DNA from: an uncultured Acidobacteriota bacterium
GTDB lineage: Bacteria > Acidobacteriota > Thermoanaerobaculia > UBA5066 > Gp7-AA6
DNA length: 64,000 nt
NCBI GenBank assembly: GCA_963764715.1
Contig: CAVXTP010000022.1
Span: 512,001-576,000, forward strand
Reading direction: 5' to 3'
In this document: positions 1-10,153 of the stretch, piece after piece
How positions within the stretch are numbered: position 1 is the first letter of the stretch
How the letters are laid out: every line of letters begins with the position of its first letter
Notes under the pieces: generated by a model
Databases searched by the model: none
What the model saw: the letters and a program-made list of their open reading frames with translations, nothing else
What the model was told of the DNA's origin: nothing
Program-made: the position numbers and the translations under genes

Positions 1-463
1 CGCCCGAGGCGAGCTTCGGGAGCCAGCGGCGCTTCTGCTCCTCGGTCCCGTAGAGGATCAGCCCCTTCAGGCCGATGGATTGGTGGCCGCCGACGAGGAT
101 GCCGAGCGACGCGTCGACCGTGCCGATCTCCTCGGTCACGCGGCAGTAGGCGGCGGAGGAAAAGCCGTAGCCGCCGTACTCCTCCGGGATCGTCATCCCG
201 AAGGTGCCGAGCTCGGCGAGGCCCTTCACGACCTCCGGCGGGACGCGGTGGTCGCGCTCGATCTCGGCCGGCCGGATGTGGTCCTTCGCGAAGCCGCGGA
301 AGGACTCGAGGAAGGTCGACACGACCTCCCGCTCCGCGGCGCCGATCTCGGGGAAGGGAAAGACGGTGTCCTCCGGGATCTGACCCGCGAAGAGGGACTT
401 GACGACCGGCATCAAGCGCGGGTCGGTCACGGTCGCGACGACGCCCGTCAGTCGGCTGCTCAT
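1..463 (-). CDS. Acyl-CoA dehydrogenase (FadE/ACAD9-like), 3' end runs off the window
   Basis: Manual translation MSSRLTGVVATVTDPRLMPVVKSLFAGQIPEDTVFPFP...GMTIPEEYGGYG...GHQSIGLKGLILYGTEEQKRRWLPKLASG. Its ATG overlaps the fadJ stop (ATGA). Confidence 0.88.
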   Translation of the reverse strand, partial: MSSRLTGVVATVTDPRLMPVVKSLFAGQIPEDTVFPFPEIGAAEREVVSTFLESFRGFAKDHIRPAEIERDHRVPPEVVKGLAELGTFGMTIPEEYGGYGFSSAAYCRVTEEIGTVDASLGILVGGHQSIGLKGLILYGTEEQKRRWLPKLASG

Positions 464-2619
464 GGCGTGATCTCCACTGTTTGCGCCGCGTCCGAATAGA
501 ACCCGCGGCGCGAGTTGGCGAGCTGGCGGATGGTCTCCGAGGGTGCGAAGCGGGGACCCAGGCGTTCGGCGAGGTCGTCGAGACGAGCGAAGACGCGGTG
601 GGCCCCGAGGGAGTCGGCGTAGCGCAGCAGGCCTCCCCGGAAGGGCGGGAACCCCGTCCCGAAGATCATCGCGAGGTCCAGCCGCGCGGGGTCCCGCACG
701 ATCTCGTCCTCGAGGCAGAAGGAGGCTTCGTTGATCATGGGGAGCACGAGGCGCGACTCGATGACCTCGGCGGGCAGCGGCGAGCGGTCCCGCCGCGGGG
801 CGCGCAGGGCCACGTAGGCCTCCGGCGCGGGGGCGACGCGCGTCGTCCCCTCGTAGGAGTAGAAGCCCTTGCCGTTCTTGCGTCCCAGGCGGCCGGCCGC
901 GACCAGGGCCTCCTCCCCTCCGAGCTTCATCCGCTCCGGGAAGGCCGTCTGCATGACCTCGCCGGCCTTGGCCGCGACGTCCAACCCGACGTCGTCGAGG
1001 AGCGCCAGGGGCCCGACCGGCATTCCGAAGGCCGTCATCGTCGCGTCCACGTCCTCGATGCGACAGCCGTCGAGCACGAGACGCACGGCTTCCGAGAGGT
1101 AGGGCGCGAGGATCCGGTTGACCAGGAATCCCGGGGCGTCGCGGACGACGACCGGCGTCTTGCCGAGCGTCTTCGCGAGGGCGAAGATCGTCGCCACCGT
1201 CTCGTCCGTCGTGCGCTCTCCCCGGATGACCTCGACGAGCGGCATCCGGTGCACGGGGTTGAAGAAGTGCATCCCGACGACGCGCCCCGGCTCGAGGGCC
1301 CCCGCGGCGATCTCGGTGATCGGCAGCGTCGAGGTGTTCGAGGCGAAGATCGCCGACGCCGGTACCGCGGCCTCCCAGTCCTTCAACACGGCCCGCTTGA
1401 CGGAAAGCTTCTCGACGACCGCCTCGATCGTGACCTCGCAGCGCCGGAAGCCGGAGTAGTCGAGCGTGCCGGAGAGGAGCCCCATCTTCAGGCCCATCTC
1501 GCGCCGCGTCATCCGCCGCTTCTTGACCACCTCGCGCCAGACAGCGGCCGCCGCGGCATAGCCGTGGGCCAGGGCCGCGGCCTCGATGTCCTTCATCCGC
1601 GCCGGAAGGCCCTTGTCGGCCGCGAGCTGCGCGATCCCTCCGCCCATGACCCCCGCCCCGAGGACGCCGACCCGCGTCACCTCGAGCGGCCGCACCGCCG
1701 GATCCGACACCCCGGTCTCCTTCTTGACCTCCTCGGTCAGGAAGAAGATGTTGAGAAGGTTGCGCTGGACCTCGCCCCCGAACACGAACCCGATGTGGCG
1801 CGCCTCGGCCTCCAGCCCCGCAGCGACCGGCTTGCCGAAGCCTTCCTCGATCGCCTCGAGGGCCTCGAGCGGCGCCGGGTAGTGCCCGCCGGTCTGCTTC
1901 ATCACCCCCTCGCGCGCCTTCGCGAAGATCGCCTTGCGCCCGGGGGGCGTCAGCTCGAGGAGGCGCTGCGGGAAGGGACGCGGCCCGCGGCGCGAAGGCG
2001 GTTTTCGTCCGCCGAGCTTCTCCCGGGCGAAGCGCCGGGCCCACGCTTCGAAGATCGCCGCCGGAACGACCTCGTCGGCGAGGCCGATCTTCTTCGCCCT
2101 CCGGCCGTCGAGGGACTTCCCGGTCAGGATCAGGTCGAGCGCGGCCGGAAGCCCGACGACACGCGGCAGCCGCGTGCAGCCTCCCCACGCGGGAAAGATG
2201 CCGAGCCGGACCTCGGGCAGCCCGATCTGGGCCTTCTTCGAATCCGACATCAGCCGGTAGTCGCAGGCGAGCGCGAGCTCCGTGCCGCCGCCGAGGCAGG
2301 CCCCGTCGATCGCCGCGACCGTCGGGTACGGGAGATTGGCGAGCTGCTCGAAGAGGGCCTGGACGCGCTCGACCGCCGTGCGCGCGTCCTCGGGCTTGAT
2401 GCGGGTGAACTCCTTCACGTCCGCCCCGGCGATGAACACGTCCGGCTTGCCGCTCCGGACGAGGAGGCCCCGGATGCGGGCCTCGCGGGCGAGGCGCACG
2501 AGCAGGTCGCCGAGCTCGGCGATGACCTCCGTCGAGAACTTGTTGACCTTCTCGCCCGGCAGGTCGAACGTCAGCACCGCGAGCCCGTCGTCCTCGACCT
2601 TGAGGTCGAAGGCCGTCAT
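460..2619 (-). CDS. fadJ: Fatty acid oxidation complex alpha subunit (enoyl-CoA hydratase + 3-hydroxyacyl-CoA dehydrogenase)
   Basis: Crotonase motifs FIAGAD and CLGGGTELALACD; HAD motifs GAGVMGGGIA, SNTS, GMHFFNP; C-terminal GFPPFRGG. Start chosen at MTAFDLK after a GGAGG RBS. Confidence 0.92.
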   Translation of the reverse strand: MTAFDLKVEDDGLAVLTFDLPGEKVNKFSTEVIAELGDLLVRLAREARIRGLLVRSGKPDVFIAGADVKEFTRIKPEDARTAVERVQALFEQLANLPYPTVAAIDGACLGGGTELALACDYRLMSDSKKAQIGLPEVRLGIFPAWGGCTRLPRVVGLPAALDLILTGKSLDGRRAKKIGLADEVVPAAIFEAWARRFAREKLGGRKPPSRRGPRPFPQRLLELTPPGRKAIFAKAREGVMKQTGGHYPAPLEALEAIEEGFGKPVAAGLEAEARHIGFVFGGEVQRNLLNIFFLTEEVKKETGVSDPAVRPLEVTRVGVLGAGVMGGGIAQLAADKGLPARMKDIEAAALAHGYAAAAAVWREVVKKRRMTRREMGLKMGLLSGTLDYSGFRRCEVTIEAVVEKLSVKRAVLKDWEAAVPASAIFASNTSTLPITEIAAGALEPGRVVGMHFFNPVHRMPLVEVIRGERTTDETVATIFALAKTLGKTPVVVRDAPGFLVNRILAPYLSEAVRLVLDGCRIEDVDATMTAFGMPVGPLALLDDVGLDVAAKAGEVMQTAFPERMKLGGEEALVAAGRLGRKNGKGFYSYEGTTRVAPAPEAYVALRAPRRDRSPLPAEVIESRLVLPMINEASFCLEDEIVRDPARLDLAMIFGTGFPPFRGGLLRYADSLGAHRVFARLDDLAERLGPRFAPSETIRQLANSRRGFYSDAAQTVEITP

Positions 2620-2640
2620 GGGCGGCCTCCAGGCGAATCG

Positions 2641-2734
2641 GGGCGGGGACAAGCCCCGCCCCCACGACGAGAGGGCTGGACGGTCAGGGGGACTCTCCGG
2701 GCCGGGGTCGTAGGGGCGGCCCTTGTGGCCGCCC
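2641..2734. repeat. Pair of GTAG/GTGG-type REP palindromes
   Basis: 2641-2665 reverse-complements to GTGGGGGCGGGGCTTGTCCCCGCCC; 2710-2734 is GTAGGGGCGGCCCTTGTGGCCGCCC. Near-identical copies occur at 9418-9469 and 19499-19523. Confidence 0.85.
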
Positions 2735-2746
2735 GATCACCGGGCG

Positions 2747-4027
2747 TCACATCAGCTCCACGACCACCGCGCCGCCCTGTCCCCCGCCGATGCACATCGT
2801 CGCGAGGCCGAACTGGGTCCCCCGCCGCTTCATCTCCTTCAGCAGCGTCGTCACGAGGCGGTTGGCGGAGGATCCGACGGGATGCCCGAGCGCGATCGCG
2901 CCGCCGTTCACGTTGGTCTTCTCCCAGTCGATCTCGCCGATCGGTCCGTCGGTGTGGTACTTCGCGTGCCAGGAGGGCGACGGGAAGACGCGGGCGCAGG
3001 CCAGGACCTGCGCGGCGAACGCCTCGTTGATCTCGACGAGGCCGATGTCCTTCCAGGCGACGCCGGCCCGCTTCAGGGCGAGCGGAGTGGCCACGGCCGG
3101 CCCGAGGCCCATCCGCTCGGGCTCGAGCGCGCAGAACGCGAAGCCCCGGATCCGGCCGAGCGGCGAATACCCGCGCGCGCGGGCCGCCGAGGCGCTCATC
3201 AGAAGCGTCGCCGCGCCGCCGTCGGTGATCTGCGAGGAGTTCCCGGCGGTCACGGTGCCGAATTTCCGGTCGAAGTAGGGCTTGAGCTTCGCGAGGGCCT
3301 CCATCGTCTGGTTCTCGCGCACGCCGTTGTCCTGGACCGAAACGGTCTCGTATTTCGGCGGGACCGGAACGGGGACGATCTCCTCGGCGAGCTTCTTGCG
3401 CGCCATGACGACGCGCTGGTGGGAGCGCAGGGAGAACGCGTCCTGCTCCTCCCGGGTGATCCCGTGCTCCTTGGCGAGCACCTCGGCGGTCTCCCCCATG
3501 TTCAGCCCGCAGACCGCGTCCGTCAGGCCCATCAGGAGGCCGATCTCGGGCTTGAAGTGCCGCGGGCGGAACTTCGCGGCGGCGGCGAGCCGCGCGGACA
3601 GGTCCCGGGCGGCGAAGACCTCGGTGAAGACCTCCTGGCTCTCGTGCGAGTACAGAAGCGGGATGTTGGACATCGACTCGACGCCGCCCGCCAGGATCGC
3701 CTCCGCGTCGCCGCCGGCGATCCGGTAGTGCGCGTCCACGATCGACTGGAGGCCGGAGCCGCAGAGCCGGTTCACGGTGAAGGCCGGAACCCGCCTCGGT
3801 ATCCCGGCCTTCAGCGAGGCGACCCGGGCCACGTTCACGGCGTCGGGCGGCTGGGCGATGTTGCCGAAGATCACCTCGTCGAGGCCCTCGGGGTCGAAAT
3901 CCGTGCGCGCGAGCAGCTCGCCGGCCACGATTCGGCCGAGCTCGTCGGCCGGAACGTCCTTCAGGTCCGTGCCGGCCCGTGCGTACGGCGTGCGAAGCCC
4001 GTCGACGACGACGACGTCACGCGACAT
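2747..4027 (-). CDS. fadI: Acetyl-CoA C-acyltransferase (thiolase, FadI/FadA family)
   Basis: NRLCGSG, EINEAFA, GHPVG and CIGGGQG thiolase motifs; lies in the fad operon. Confidence 0.9.
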   Translation of the reverse strand: MSRDVVVVDGLRTPYARAGTDLKDVPADELGRIVAGELLARTDFDPEGLDEVIFGNIAQPPDAVNVARVASLKAGIPRRVPAFTVNRLCGSGLQSIVDAHYRIAGGDAEAILAGGVESMSNIPLLYSHESQEVFTEVFAARDLSARLAAAAKFRPRHFKPEIGLLMGLTDAVCGLNMGETAEVLAKEHGITREEQDAFSLRSHQRVVMARKKLAEEIVPVPVPPKYETVSVQDNGVRENQTMEALAKLKPYFDRKFGTVTAGNSSQITDGGAATLLMSASAARARGYSPLGRIRGFAFCALEPERMGLGPAVATPLALKRAGVAWKDIGLVEINEAFAAQVLACARVFPSPSWHAKYHTDGPIGEIDWEKTNVNGGAIALGHPVGSSANRLVTTLLKEMKRRGTQFGLATMCIGGGQGGAVVVELM

Positions 4028-5828
4028 GCGATCGCCCGGCGGCCTCGTACATCCCTTCGATGAGGGAGTGATAGCGGTTCTCGAGGATCCGGCGCTTCAC
4101 CTTCAGGGTCGGGGTGATGGAGCCGTCTTCGATGGTCAGGTCCGACGGAAGGATCGCGAAGGCCCGGATCTGCTCGTGGTGCGGCTTCTCGGCGTTGTAG
4201 GCGTCGATCTCCCGCTGAAAGAGCGCGCGGATCGCGGGGTGCGCGTCGATCGCGTCCCAGCGCACGTCCGTCGCGCCGTTCGCCGACACCCAGTCCCGGA
4301 GCCGGTCGAAGTTGGGAACGATGAGCGCCGCCAGGAACTTCTGCCGGTCCCCCACGACGATCGGCAGGGCCACGTACGGCGACTTCTTCAGCTCGTTCTC
4401 GATCGGCTGCGGAGCGGCCTTCTTTCCGCCGGCCAGCACGATCAGGTCCTTCTTCCGGTCGGTGATCGCGAGGAACCCGTCCGTCAGGTTCCCGATGTCG
4501 CCGGTGTGGAACCAGCCCTCGGCGTCGATCGCCTCGGCGGTCTCCTGGGGCTTGTTGAAGTAGCCCTTCATCACGTGCGGGCCGCGCGTCAGGATCTCGC
4601 CGTCGGCGGCGATCTTCACCTCGACGTCCCGCAGGGCCCGGCCCACGGTCCCCGGGCGCCAGCGGCCCGGGCCGTTCACCGTGATGACGGGCGAGGTCTC
4701 CGTCAGGCCGTACCCCTCGTAGATCGCGACCCCGGCGCCGATGAAGAACTCCGCGAGCTCCTTCGACAGCGGCGCGCCGCCCGAGACGGCGAACCGGAAG
4801 TTCGTCCCGAGCGCGGCGCGGATCTTCTTGAAGACGAGGGCGTCGGCGATCTTCGCCTTGCGGGCGAGGGCCGCCGGCAACGGCTTGCCCTCCGTGACGT
4901 ACGGAACGCGCTCCTTCCCCACCCCAACCGCCCACGCGAAGATCTTCTTCTTGATGGGGCTGCCCGCGTCCGCCCTGGCCATGATCCGCGCGTGGACCTT
5001 TTCGTAGACCCGCGGCACCGCCCCGAAACAGTGCGGGTTGACCTCCGTGAAGTTGGCCGCCAGCTTGTCGATCGATTCGGCGTAGGCGATCGAGGCGGTC
5101 TTGTAGAGGTACGCGTAGTCGAGCATCCGCTCGAAGACGTGGGACAGCGGGAGGAACGAGAGCGCCACCGCGTCGGCGGTGAACGGGATGACCTCGCAGC
5201 CGGTGACGGCGTTCGACGTCAGGTTCCCGTGGGTCAGCATCGAGCCCTTGGGCTCCCCCGTCGTTCCGGAGGTGTAGATGATGGTCGCGACGTCCTCGGG
5301 CCGGACCCGCCCGGCGCGCTGCGCGAAGATGGCCGGGCTCATCTCGAGGGTCGAGCGCCCGCGGTCGACGACCCCGTGGAAGGTCGTGTAGCCGGGCTCT
5401 CCCGGCGGGTTGCCGTCGACGAGGATGACGTGGTCGAGCGCCGGGCACTGTGCCTTGATCGTCAGGATCTTCCCGAGCTGCTCGAGGGTCGACACGACGA
5501 TCGCCTTCGCCCCGCAGTCGTTCAGGAGCGGCGTGATCTGTCCCGCCGGCAGCGTCGGGTAGATCGGCACCGACCAGGCGCCGGCGCAGAGGATCGCGTA
5601 GTCCGCCATGGCCCATTCCGGCCGGTTCTCGGCGAGGATCGCGACGCGGTCTCCGGGCTGCACCCCGAGCCCGTTCAAGCCGAGCGACAGGGCCCGCACG
5701 GTGAACCCGAAGTCGGCCGCCGAGATCGGCTTCCAGACGCCGTCGACCTTGGAGATCAGGAGATTGGGCTTTCCGCTCGCTGCGGCGATCGTGAAGATGT
5801 CGCACAGGGTCCGCGGCTCGTTCGCCAT
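4017..5828 (-). CDS. fadD: Long-chain fatty acid--CoA ligase
   Basis: AMP-binding motifs IYTSGTTGEPKG, YEGYGLTE, GWFHTGDIG and TPTLKVKR. Confidence 0.9.
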   Translation of the reverse strand: MANEPRTLCDIFTIAAASGKPNLLISKVDGVWKPISAADFGFTVRALSLGLNGLGVQPGDRVAILAENRPEWAMADYAILCAGAWSVPIYPTLPAGQITPLLNDCGAKAIVVSTLEQLGKILTIKAQCPALDHVILVDGNPPGEPGYTTFHGVVDRGRSTLEMSPAIFAQRAGRVRPEDVATIIYTSGTTGEPKGSMLTHGNLTSNAVTGCEVIPFTADAVALSFLPLSHVFERMLDYAYLYKTASIAYAESIDKLAANFTEVNPHCFGAVPRVYEKVHARIMARADAGSPIKKKIFAWAVGVGKERVPYVTEGKPLPAALARKAKIADALVFKKIRAALGTNFRFAVSGGAPLSKELAEFFIGAGVAIYEGYGLTETSPVITVNGPGRWRPGTVGRALRDVEVKIAADGEILTRGPHVMKGYFNKPQETAEAIDAEGWFHTGDIGNLTDGFLAITDRKKDLIVLAGGKKAAPQPIENELKKSPYVALPIVVGDRQKFLAALIVPNFDRLRDWVSANGATDVRWDAIDAHPAIRALFQREIDAYNAEKPHHEQIRAFAILPSDLTIEDGSITPTLKVKRRILENRYHSLIEGMYEAAGRSHVA

Positions 5829-5897
5829 GCTCCCCCCTCGAACCGATTGTGTCGCGCCCCCCCGGGCCGGTCAACCGCGTTATAGGCTCGGCAGCCG

Positions 5898-6413
5898 ATG
5901 GCGATCGCGCTCCTGGCCGGAACCGTGCTGGCCCTCGCCGGTTTCCTGCTCACTTCGGTGCAGGGGTTCGCACTGACGACCCACCTCGCCGCGAGCCATC
6001 CGGAGGCGCGGCTCCTCGTGACCAAGCACGTGGTCTACGCGATCCCCACCGTGCTCCTTTCGCTCTTTTCGCAATCGATGGTCATCTTCTTCTTCATCGG
6101 GACCGGCCGGCTCGTCAAGGACGAGATCGCGGGCTATCCCGAGCCCCAGCGCCGCGTCGTGCTCGACGCCCTGCGCGACTTCAAGCGGCGGACCTCGCCC
6201 CCCGCCACGTTCGCGCTCCTTTCGGCGATTGCCGTGTTCGTCGTCGGCGGCGCGGCCCACGTCCGGGCCCTGCCCTCCTGGGTCCACCTCGCCGCCTCGC
6301 TCGCGGCCGTCGGCACGCACCTCTGGGCGCTGGGTTCCGAGTGGGACGCGTTCGTCGAGAACGGCCGCCTCATGGCGAATCCCGCGAAGTACCAGCCGCG
6401 GAGCCGGCGGTGA
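5898..6413 (+). CDS. Hypothetical integral membrane protein (about 4 TM)
   Basis: Hydrophobic segments, host-like codon usage, stop overlaps the next GTG start. Confidence 0.7.
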   Translation: MAIALLAGTVLALAGFLLTSVQGFALTTHLAASHPEARLLVTKHVVYAIPTVLLSLFSQSMVIFFFIGTGRLVKDEIAGYPEPQRRVVLDALRDFKRRTSPPATFALLSAIAVFVVGGAAHVRALPSWVHLAASLAAVGTHLWALGSEWDAFVENGRLMANPAKYQPRSRR

Positions 6414-7150
6414 CCCCGGCGCCTCTCGCCGGGAAGGTTGCCCTCGTGACCGGCGCGGGCGTGCGGGTGGGCCGCGCGATCGCCCTGGCGCTCGCCGGGG
6501 CCGGAGCCGACGTGGCGGTCCACTACAACGCCTCGGCCGGCCCGGCGGAAGAGGCCGCGTCGAGGATCCGTGCGCTCGGGCGCCGCGCCGCGTCTCTCGC
6601 GGCCGACCTCTCGGACGCCGAGGAGCCCGCCGGGCTCGTGCGACGCACGCTCGAGTCGCTCGGAGGGCTCGACCTGCTCGTCCACTCCGCGGCCAACTTC
6701 CAGCGGCTCCCGCTCGAGGACACCGACGCGGCGGTCTGGGACCGGTCGATGAACCTGAACGCCCGCGCCGGGATGCTGCTCGCTCGCGCCGCGGCGCCCT
6801 CGCTGCGCGAGCGTCGGGGGCGAGTCGTTCTCGTCTCGGACTTCATCGCCCTCCAGCCGATCCGAGGCTACGTGGCGCACTCCGTCTCGAAGGCCGCCGC
6901 CGAAGGCCTCGTCCGGGCGCTCGCCGTGGAGCTGGCGCCGGAAGTCTCGGTCAACGGCGTGGCGCCGGGCACGGTCCTCGTGCCCGAGGGAACCTCGGCC
7001 GAGCAGGCCGAGCGCTGGGCGCGCGAATCGCTCCTGAAGCGCAACGGCGAACCCGCCGACGTGGCCGCCGCGGTCGTCTTCCTGTGCGGCGGCCCGTCCT
7101 TCGTCACGGGCCAGATTCTTCGGGTCGACGGAGGTAAGTCCCTGACCTGA
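6410..7150 (+). CDS. SDR oxidoreductase, pteridine reductase/FolM-like
   Basis: VTGAGVRVG, VHYNAS, NGVAPG, VTGQILRVDGG. The usual catalytic YxxxK appears as HSVSK. Confidence 0.8.
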   Translation: MTPAPLAGKVALVTGAGVRVGRAIALALAGAGADVAVHYNASAGPAEEAASRIRALGRRAASLAADLSDAEEPAGLVRRTLESLGGLDLLVHSAANFQRLPLEDTDAAVWDRSMNLNARAGMLLARAAAPSLRERRGRVVLVSDFIALQPIRGYVAHSVSKAAAEGLVRALAVELAPEVSVNGVAPGTVLVPEGTSAEQAERWARESLLKRNGEPADVAAAVVFLCGGPSFVTGQILRVDGGKSLT

Positions 7151-7203
7151 TTCGGCCTCCCGGTCGGAGTTACCATGGAGCCACATTCGATTAAGGAGGC
7201 TCC

Positions 7204-8790
7204 ATGTTTCCGGCTGCCGCGCGGCGGTCCGCGCTGCTCTTCGGACTGGGTTATGCCTGCGCGGCGGGCGCTCGCGGCGTCCCGCCGGCCGAGCCGGCCT
7301 GCGGCCCCGTGGCCGTGACCCAGAACGCGAGCGCGACGCCCGAGCCGGACACCGGGAACTCGTGCCTCCTCAGCGGGACTCTGTTTCACCTCGCCAACAG
7401 CTGGTACCGGGCGTTTCCGTCGCCGGGCCCGGCATTCGAGGTCTGCGCCGTCGAGTTCGCCGTCGAGACCGCGCAGAGCGGCGGCGGAGACGGCCAGCCG
7501 CTGACGGTCAAGGTCTACGCCAACCCGGACCAGGCCTTTCCGGACAACTTCGCCTGCCTGCCGGCGCAGCTCGTCGGCACCGCCACGCTCTCCCTCACCG
7601 ATCAGACGATGACGACCGTCCTCGTCCCCCTCGCGGCCTCGATTCCCGCGGGGGCCCAGATGATCGTCGAGATCTACGTGCCGGACGGCTCGCTCACGAA
7701 CGACGTCTTCTACCCCGGATCCAACTCGCAGGCGCAGTCGGACCCGACCTGGGTCTACGCGCCCGGCTGCGGCGGGACCTCGCCGGTCGACCTCGCCGAC
7801 CTCGGCGACCCCTCGTCCCACGTCTTCATGTCCGTCCAGGGCACGCTCGACGACCGGCAGCCCGCCGCGCTCTCCGTGCCGGGAGCCGCGGACGGCGTCA
7901 TCGATCCCGGCGAGGTCGTCGTCCTCGCGCCGTCCTGGAAGAACGTGTCGGGGTCCGACCTGTCGCTGACGGGGACGGCGTCGAACCTCACGGGCCCCGC
8001 CGGGCTGACCCTGGAGCTTCTCGACTCGACCGCCGACTACGGGACGATCCCCGCCGGCGCAACGGCGGACTGCGCGGTCGCGACGGAGGACTGCTATAGC
8101 GTCCTCATCAGCGGTTCGACGATCGGCCACCGCGACGCGAGCTTCGACGAAACGACCGCGCCGGGAGCCGCGATCGCCGGCTTCGCCACGCGTCACCGGG
8201 TGCTGCACGTCGGGGCGAGCTTCGGCGACGTGCCGTCCTCGAACCTCTTCTACCCGTACATCGAGAACGTCCTCCACAACGGCGTGACGGGGGGCTGCGC
8301 CACTCCGGGGTACTTCTGCCCGGCGAGCACGACGCTGCGCCAGCAGATGGCGGTCTTCCTCCTGAAGGCCGCCCTGGGCCCCTGCTACGTTCCCCCGCCG
8401 GCGAAGGGCGGCTTCGCCGACGTCCCGGCCTCGAACCCGTTCGCGCCGTGGATCGAAGACCTCGCGGGCCGCGGCATCACCACCGGCTGCGGACCGCAGC
8501 TCTTCTGCCCCGTCCAGCCGGTGACGCGCAAGCAGATGGCGGTCTTCCTCCTCAAGACGCTCCTCGGGTCGTGGTATCTGCCCCCGGCCCCCACGGGCAT
8601 CTTCGACGACGTCGCTCCCGACGCCTTCCGGCCCTGGATCGAGGACCTCTACGCGCGCGGGATCACGGGCGGCTGCGCGGGCGGGCCGCTTCCGGCCCCG
8701 ATCTCCTACTGCCCCGACAACCTCATCACCCGCGGCCAGATGGCGGCCTTCCTGGTCAAGACGTTCGGGCTCTCGCTCTATCGCCCGTAG
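7204..8790 (+). CDS. Secreted protein with C-terminal S-layer-homology-like repeats
   Basis: Signal peptide; three repeats of F.DV...F..WIE.L...GIT.GC...(F/Y)CP...TR.QMA.FL.K. Confidence 0.82.
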   Translation: MFPAAARRSALLFGLGYACAAGARGVPPAEPACGPVAVTQNASATPEPDTGNSCLLSGTLFHLANSWYRAFPSPGPAFEVCAVEFAVETAQSGGGDGQPLTVKVYANPDQAFPDNFACLPAQLVGTATLSLTDQTMTTVLVPLAASIPAGAQMIVEIYVPDGSLTNDVFYPGSNSQAQSDPTWVYAPGCGGTSPVDLADLGDPSSHVFMSVQGTLDDRQPAALSVPGAADGVIDPGEVVVLAPSWKNVSGSDLSLTGTASNLTGPAGLTLELLDSTADYGTIPAGATADCAVATEDCYSVLISGSTIGHRDASFDETTAPGAAIAGFATRHRVLHVGASFGDVPSSNLFYPYIENVLHNGVTGGCATPGYFCPASTTLRQQMAVFLLKAALGPCYVPPPAKGGFADVPASNPFAPWIEDLAGRGITTGCGPQLFCPVQPVTRKQMAVFLLKTLLGSWYLPPAPTGIFDDVAPDAFRPWIEDLYARGITGGCAGGPLPAPISYCPDNLITRGQMAAFLVKTFGLSLYRP

Positions 8791-8808
8791 CGGGCGCGCA
8801 ATCCGCTC

Positions 8809-9366
8809 TCAGCGCGGCCCGAACTCGGCGTGCTCGGCCCGGAGCCGGCCCGCGAACTTCCGCATGAGCGCGCACCGCGCCTCGGCCAGACGCCGCCCGG
8901 CGTCCGTCCGGAGCGGAGCCGCGGCCGCCGCCTCGATCGCGTCCGCCATCTCGAGGATGTCGAGCCGCTCGCGGTACGCGTCGGCGAGGCCGCGGGCGAT
9001 CCCGTAGGCCCCCATCGTCTCGAGCTTCAGCGCGTCGTGCACGACCTCCTCCTCGGGCGAGGCGGGCGCCGTCTCGAACCGCGAGAGCGCCGTGAAGACG
9101 CGGCGGACCGTCTTCGGCGCAACGCCAAGCGATCCCAGGAAGATCTCCGTGCGGCTCCGGTGGCCCATCCGGGAGACCCACTTCTCCTGCCCCGAGAAGA
9201 CGGCGAGCAGGAAGAGGAGGTCGGCGTCCAGGCCTTCCGTTCCGGCGGCGATCGTCTGCGTGGCGGAAACCATGCGCTCGACGTCGCCGTAATTCGTGAC
9301 GCCGTCCAGCCCGACGGCGAGCGGCTTGACGTAGTCGAGTATCGATTTTCGCGCCGCGGCATCCAT
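8809..9366 (-). CDS. Hypothetical protein, degenerate HD-domain-like
   Basis: HDALKLETMGAYGIAR resembles the HD-hydrolase DADKLDxxGAxGIAR segment, but no HD dyad is seen. TAGTAT lies 7 nt before the ATG. Confidence 0.6.
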   Translation of the reverse strand: MDAAARKSILDYVKPLAVGLDGVTNYGDVERMVSATQTIAAGTEGLDADLLFLLAVFSGQEKWVSRMGHRSRTEIFLGSLGVAPKTVRRVFTALSRFETAPASPEEEVVHDALKLETMGAYGIARGLADAYRERLDILEMADAIEAAAAAPLRTDAGRRLAEARCALMRKFAGRLRAEHAEFGPR

Positions 9367-9417
9367 GAAGGGGATACTAGTGTTCTCATGACCGATGTTG
9401 CTACGCGGCTTCCGTAC

Positions 9418-9469
9418 GTAGGGGCGGCCCTTGCGGCCGCCCTCGGGCGGGGACAAGCCCCGCCCCTAC
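9418..9469. repeat. REP doublet (REPIN-like)
   Basis: GTAGGGGCGGCCCTTGCGGCCGCCC-TC-GGGCGGGGACAAGCCCCGCCCCTAC: two inverted REPs 2 nt apart. Confidence 0.85.
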
Positions 9470-9513
9470 TTCCCGCGGACGGCAGCGCCACGCCGGCAAG
9501 GAAGTTCCAGGCC

Positions 9514-10122
9514 ATGATCATTCGGAAGAACCCGAACATCCGTTTTCCCAATCCCGATCCCTCGCGGGTGCCGCCGGGCCAGTTCGTCACGCCGCAGTGG
9601 CCGGTCCTCCACTTCGGCTCGATCCCGAAGGTCGATCTCGCGACGTGGAAGTTCTCCGTTTGGGGAGAGGTCGAGAACCCGGTCGCCTGGACCTGGGAGG
9701 AGTTTCAGAAGCTCCCCCGCGCCGCCCGCCGGAACGACGTTCACTGCGTGACGCACTGGACGAAGCTCGACAACGAATGGGAAGGCGTTCCCGTCCGCGA
9801 AGTCCTGAAGATCGCCCGACCGAAGCCTTCGGCCCGGTTCGTCATCGAGCACGCCATCGGCGGCTGGACGACGAACGTTCCGCTCGCCGACTTCGACCGC
9901 GACGAGAACCTCCTCGCCACGCACCACGGCGGAGCGCCGCTGTCATTCGAGCACGGCGCGCCGATGCGCATCGTGATCCCGCACCTCTACTTCTGGAAGG
10001 GCGCCAAGTGGGCGAGCGGGCTCGAGCTGACGGCCGAGGACCAGGCCGGGTTCTGGGAAGTCAACGGGTACCACATGCGCGGCGACCCGTGGAAGGAAGA
10101 GCGCTTCCGCGACGACCTGTAA
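9514..10122 (+). CDS. Sulfite-oxidase-like molybdopterin oxidoreductase (YuiH-like)
   Basis: RVPPGQ, DVHCVTHW, HGAPMR, YFWKGAKW and GFWEVNGYHMRGDPW motifs. Confidence 0.88.
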   Translation: MIIRKNPNIRFPNPDPSRVPPGQFVTPQWPVLHFGSIPKVDLATWKFSVWGEVENPVAWTWEEFQKLPRAARRNDVHCVTHWTKLDNEWEGVPVREVLKIARPKPSARFVIEHAIGGWTTNVPLADFDRDENLLATHHGGAPLSFEHGAPMRIVIPHLYFWKGAKWASGLELTAEDQAGFWEVNGYHMRGDPWKEERFRDDL

Positions 10123-10153
10123 CAGGGAGGGACCAGCCCCTCCCCCGCGGCGG

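Noticed and set aside
8830-9513. N-terminal extensions of the 430-aa oxidoreductase ORF and the 215-aa ORF (to 9456)
   Set aside because: The extensions run antisense to a real gene or through the REP doublet; better starts are at 9514 and 9366.
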